Shown here one piece after another: positions 35,601 through 36,991 of a DNA stretch of 36,991 nucleotides. Position numbers and translations under genes: made by a program. Each line of letters starts with the position of its first letter. Position 1 is the first letter of the stretch. The notes under the pieces were generated by a model. It made no database searches. It saw only the letters and a list, made by a program, of their open reading frames with translations, and was not told where the DNA came from. The stretch covers positions 1 to 36,991 of IMG/VR virus record IMGVR_UViG_3300044711_000071; one strand, 5' to 3'. Source of the DNA: a virus (taxonomy: Duplodnaviria > Caudoviricetes).

Positions 35601-35663
35601 GTGACTGTCACCTTCGACGGTACCGACTGGGTTGACCCAACCTTCTACTTCCTGGGGTACTAA
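32646..35663 (+). CDS. Tail fibre/spike (receptor-binding, possible depolymerase)
   Basis: YVSPTGDDSQDGLGWPTAKK beta-helix entry motif, beta-rich repeats, CBM-like NLVTQ...WQW region. Confidence 0.7.
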   Translation: MPILQDIARNTFVDFRAIDVTELNLGYQVIDQPTDEFWVLAASDSAVDHTTVEEVRGRPDLRWLATGQFAGVPVAGGIWRNPLTQYVSPTGDDSQDGLGWPTAKKYLATAVAAVIDAGGGEVHFAQGTSTQADRQGLWLRDDGVTVPGWFSTLAPIKFVGYGSAISPFGYTPCGGLVGGATYTQGRFNPSLWICSSRRNVLAFDSVGFGAAPSDPSILSSSSTAVRLGWDYQRGADFAPKFQSITSWARVTSGSPPGVATLAVTASTFPVVSMSRLSGVVTVNFTNTDPVACWQGGTPGTTFDIAGTPGGFPAGTFTVDTLISGTSFQYTQAGADIPLAAATGTITSTNCKADDRIEVVSTDSEVPSTTYKVTSVPNGHTLVVIDYYGQGGRTPTVTVPNPGALVLQDRSFRQSIALTSFVRCQAEQLNVPDSGAFTGELGPTVDVGSMTDGRLVFREICIGGGGPNTGSGVNVLDPDRSAWMLSDGGGAGGGNSFFVKHARPVGGGIRVWTDGTSVDVDDVQADIGVPLIPPPIVEFCGTAPQPHSLLVATRSFQTDRGTVLDPDFVCDKLLPANVYVMDAEIVNGPGTVVSGETALGWSSNRIKSPLQLAQAGYWADRRIAGQHPSNYRSLGLLQAARYKNLVTQDPAGWTHLGTTLTAGQADPFRGTAAIRLDSLIPGVGMSVTLATADVATRAVGDRWAFGCWVRGDTALRGASTVNGVLVLSYDHGTSNGPFTTYDGNQITASTPFAFAKNVPFLGDGEWQWCSCSGTLATVDNASAVSNALVQYTDAMTIYRPTLVKVPVGDMTDDEFAEFVLTLRHQSDYLEPHTVGTDNGVPFIGHGGLGVDSSVLVNPSGAPGSLTKLLPVLDSDGSTISGYAPVYPLGGPRTTAAQTSGMAFGSNITDASATINPGSAAASAYLAAAATFTANRSTTVGTTGAFAGLTVTFFRYDLTAHTWALINGGPGAGTLFTFASGPVAPQAVTVTFDGTDWVDPTFYFLGY

Positions 35664-36991
35664 TGCGGTACGGCATCCTGTCTACGCTCGTCCTCGCCGC
35701 CTGCCTCGCTTGGACGCCATGGGGCCATCACCACCCGGTTGCGACGACCGGCACGGGCGGCGCGGCGGGGGCGGCGACGGGTGGGGTTGCTGGATCGGCG
35801 GCGGGAACCACCGGGACGGGCGGATCGGCCACCGGGGGGGCGACCGGAGGCACCGCGGGCGTGGGGACTGGCGGCGCGGCTGGCGCTCCGGTCGTCGGCT
35901 GCGGCAACGGCACCGTGGAAAGCGGCGAGTTCTGCGACGGGTCAGACCTTCAGGGCTCGAGCTGCACTGCGCTCGGATTCGGAGGCGGCACGCTGTCCTG
36001 CTCGGCGACGTGTCAGTTCGACGCCTCGGCCTGCACCGGCGGTGCACTCACGCCGACCGTCGCGGCGACGGTGACATCATGCGCGGCTCCCTGCGGCGTC
36101 TTCTTCGACGCCACCGGGACGAGTGGGCTATCCGGCAGCGACTACGTGGGCGCCAACTGGACCTGGGATTTCCGCGACCCGGCGAGGCACACCGCCGCCG
36201 TCGGGTTCGTCGCTGGCCACGTCTTCGACACCGCGGGGACCTACGTGGTCACCACCAGGGCGCGGGACCTGGCCGGCGCCGCCGGTTGGGCGACGAAGAC
36301 CATCACCGTAAGCGCGTCGCCGTATACGAACTACTACGTTTCGGCATCGGGCAACGACAGCAACAACGGGCTATCGACCACCGCCGCCTTCGCGACCGTC
36401 GCGCACGCGCTGACCTTCCTCGGATCGAACAAGGCCGTTCTTCTTCGTCGCGGCGACACCTTCAGCGGACCGACCTCCACGACCACGATCACCGGCGCGG
36501 AGATGATCAGCTCCTACTCGGACCCGGCGGCGCCATCGAGCGTCGCGCCCATCTGGACGCCGCACGTCCCGGCGAGTTCATTCAGCGGGGTCGTGTTCAC
36601 GCTGACCGGGACAAACCCCAGGCTGACGGACATCAAAGTGACGGCGACGAACCTGTTCCGGGTCGCCGAGGTCTCGTCCGCGACGAACGCCATCATCGAG
36701 CGCGTTGAAGCGACAGGCATCGGATTCGACGACTCCGGATCGACCGCGGGGCAGAACTTCTACGTCGACGGGACCGCGACCAGCAGCTACATCTTCGACA
36801 ACAACTTTCACAACTTCGACGGCTACGGAGGCTTCGCGGTCAGCAACAAGCTGACGATCACCGGCAACACGTTGAACGTCTTCGGCGGCCAGGATCACGG
36901 GTTCAGAGTCGCGAGCGGGGATCGGACCGTCGTCTCGCAGAACACGATCGCGGCCTCGGACACGGACTCGCCCTTCTCAGGGATCACGATC
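35663..36991 (+). CDS. Exported/lipoprotein with Gly-Thr linker, myxobacterial-type Cys-rich repeat, PKD domain and beta-helix (5' part; continues at 1..705)
   Basis: Absent from the ORF track because it has no stop in the window. MRYGILSTLVLAAC signal; CGNGTVESGEFCDG; WTWDF...HVFDTAGTYVVT; YYVSASGNDSNNG. Confidence 0.8.
   Translation, partial: MRYGILSTLVLAACLAWTPWGHHHPVATTGTGGAAGAATGGVAGSAAGTTGTGGSATGGATGGTAGVGTGGAAGAPVVGCGNGTVESGEFCDGSDLQGSSCTALGFGGGTLSCSATCQFDASACTGGALTPTVAATVTSCAAPCGVFFDATGTSGLSGSDYVGANWTWDFRDPARHTAAVGFVAGHVFDTAGTYVVTTRARDLAGAAGWATKTITVSASPYTNYYVSASGNDSNNGLSTTAAFATVAHALTFLGSNKAVLLRRGDTFSGPTSTTTITGAEMISSYSDPAAPSSVAPIWTPHVPASSFSGVVFTLTGTNPRLTDIKVTATNLFRVAEVSSATNAIIERVEATGIGFDDSGSTAGQNFYVDGTATSSYIFDNNFHNFDGYGGFAVSNKLTITGNTLNVFGGQDHGFRVASGDRTVVSQNTIAASDTDSPFSGITI

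Noticed and set aside
35632-36708. 358-aa Arg-rich ORF in the track
   Set aside because: Wrong frame; the real gene starts at 35663 and runs off the window end.
1-36991. CRISPR array, tRNA, reverse transcriptase/DGR, transposase
   Set aside because: No repeat-spacer array, cloverleaf, RT motif or DDE transposase noticed by eye; dedicated scans were not run.

Overview
The window looks like an essentially complete, circularly permuted ~37 kb genome of a GC-rich tailed phage with podovirus-type morphogenesis. An ORF starting at 35663 runs off the right end and continues in frame through 1..705, so the ends join. Layout: lysis cassette (712-2153, M15A endolysin); a short leftward operon (RHH regulator, coiled-coil protein, VRR-NUC); a divergent promoter/operator switch (~3307-3398); a long rightward early operon (acidic peptide, Bet, replication initiator with internal origin, DUF6475, DnaA domain IV-like HTH, HNH-like nuclease, minimal C5-MTase-like protein, many small Cys-rich ORFs); a foreign-looking block with a tyrosine-recombinase catalytic domain, att-like repeats and a truncated DUF3800 gene (10779-12079); a putative late regulator; then terminase, portal, scaffold, capsid, adaptor, nozzle, ejection proteins and receptor-binding proteins. 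A myxobacterial-type Cys-rich repeat and Gly/Thr linker in the exported beta-helix protein suggest a Myxococcota host (inference). Most notable: a five-copy late-gene motif (TAA[C/G]CGGCCCC-TGCGC) placed about 20 nt before start codons; a phage-encoded exported PKD/beta-helix protein; an RHH switch whose first rightward gene is an unlisted, apparently leaderless acidic peptide; and a Zn-ribbon initiator with palindromic iterons. All family calls are from motif recognition by eye; no searches were run.
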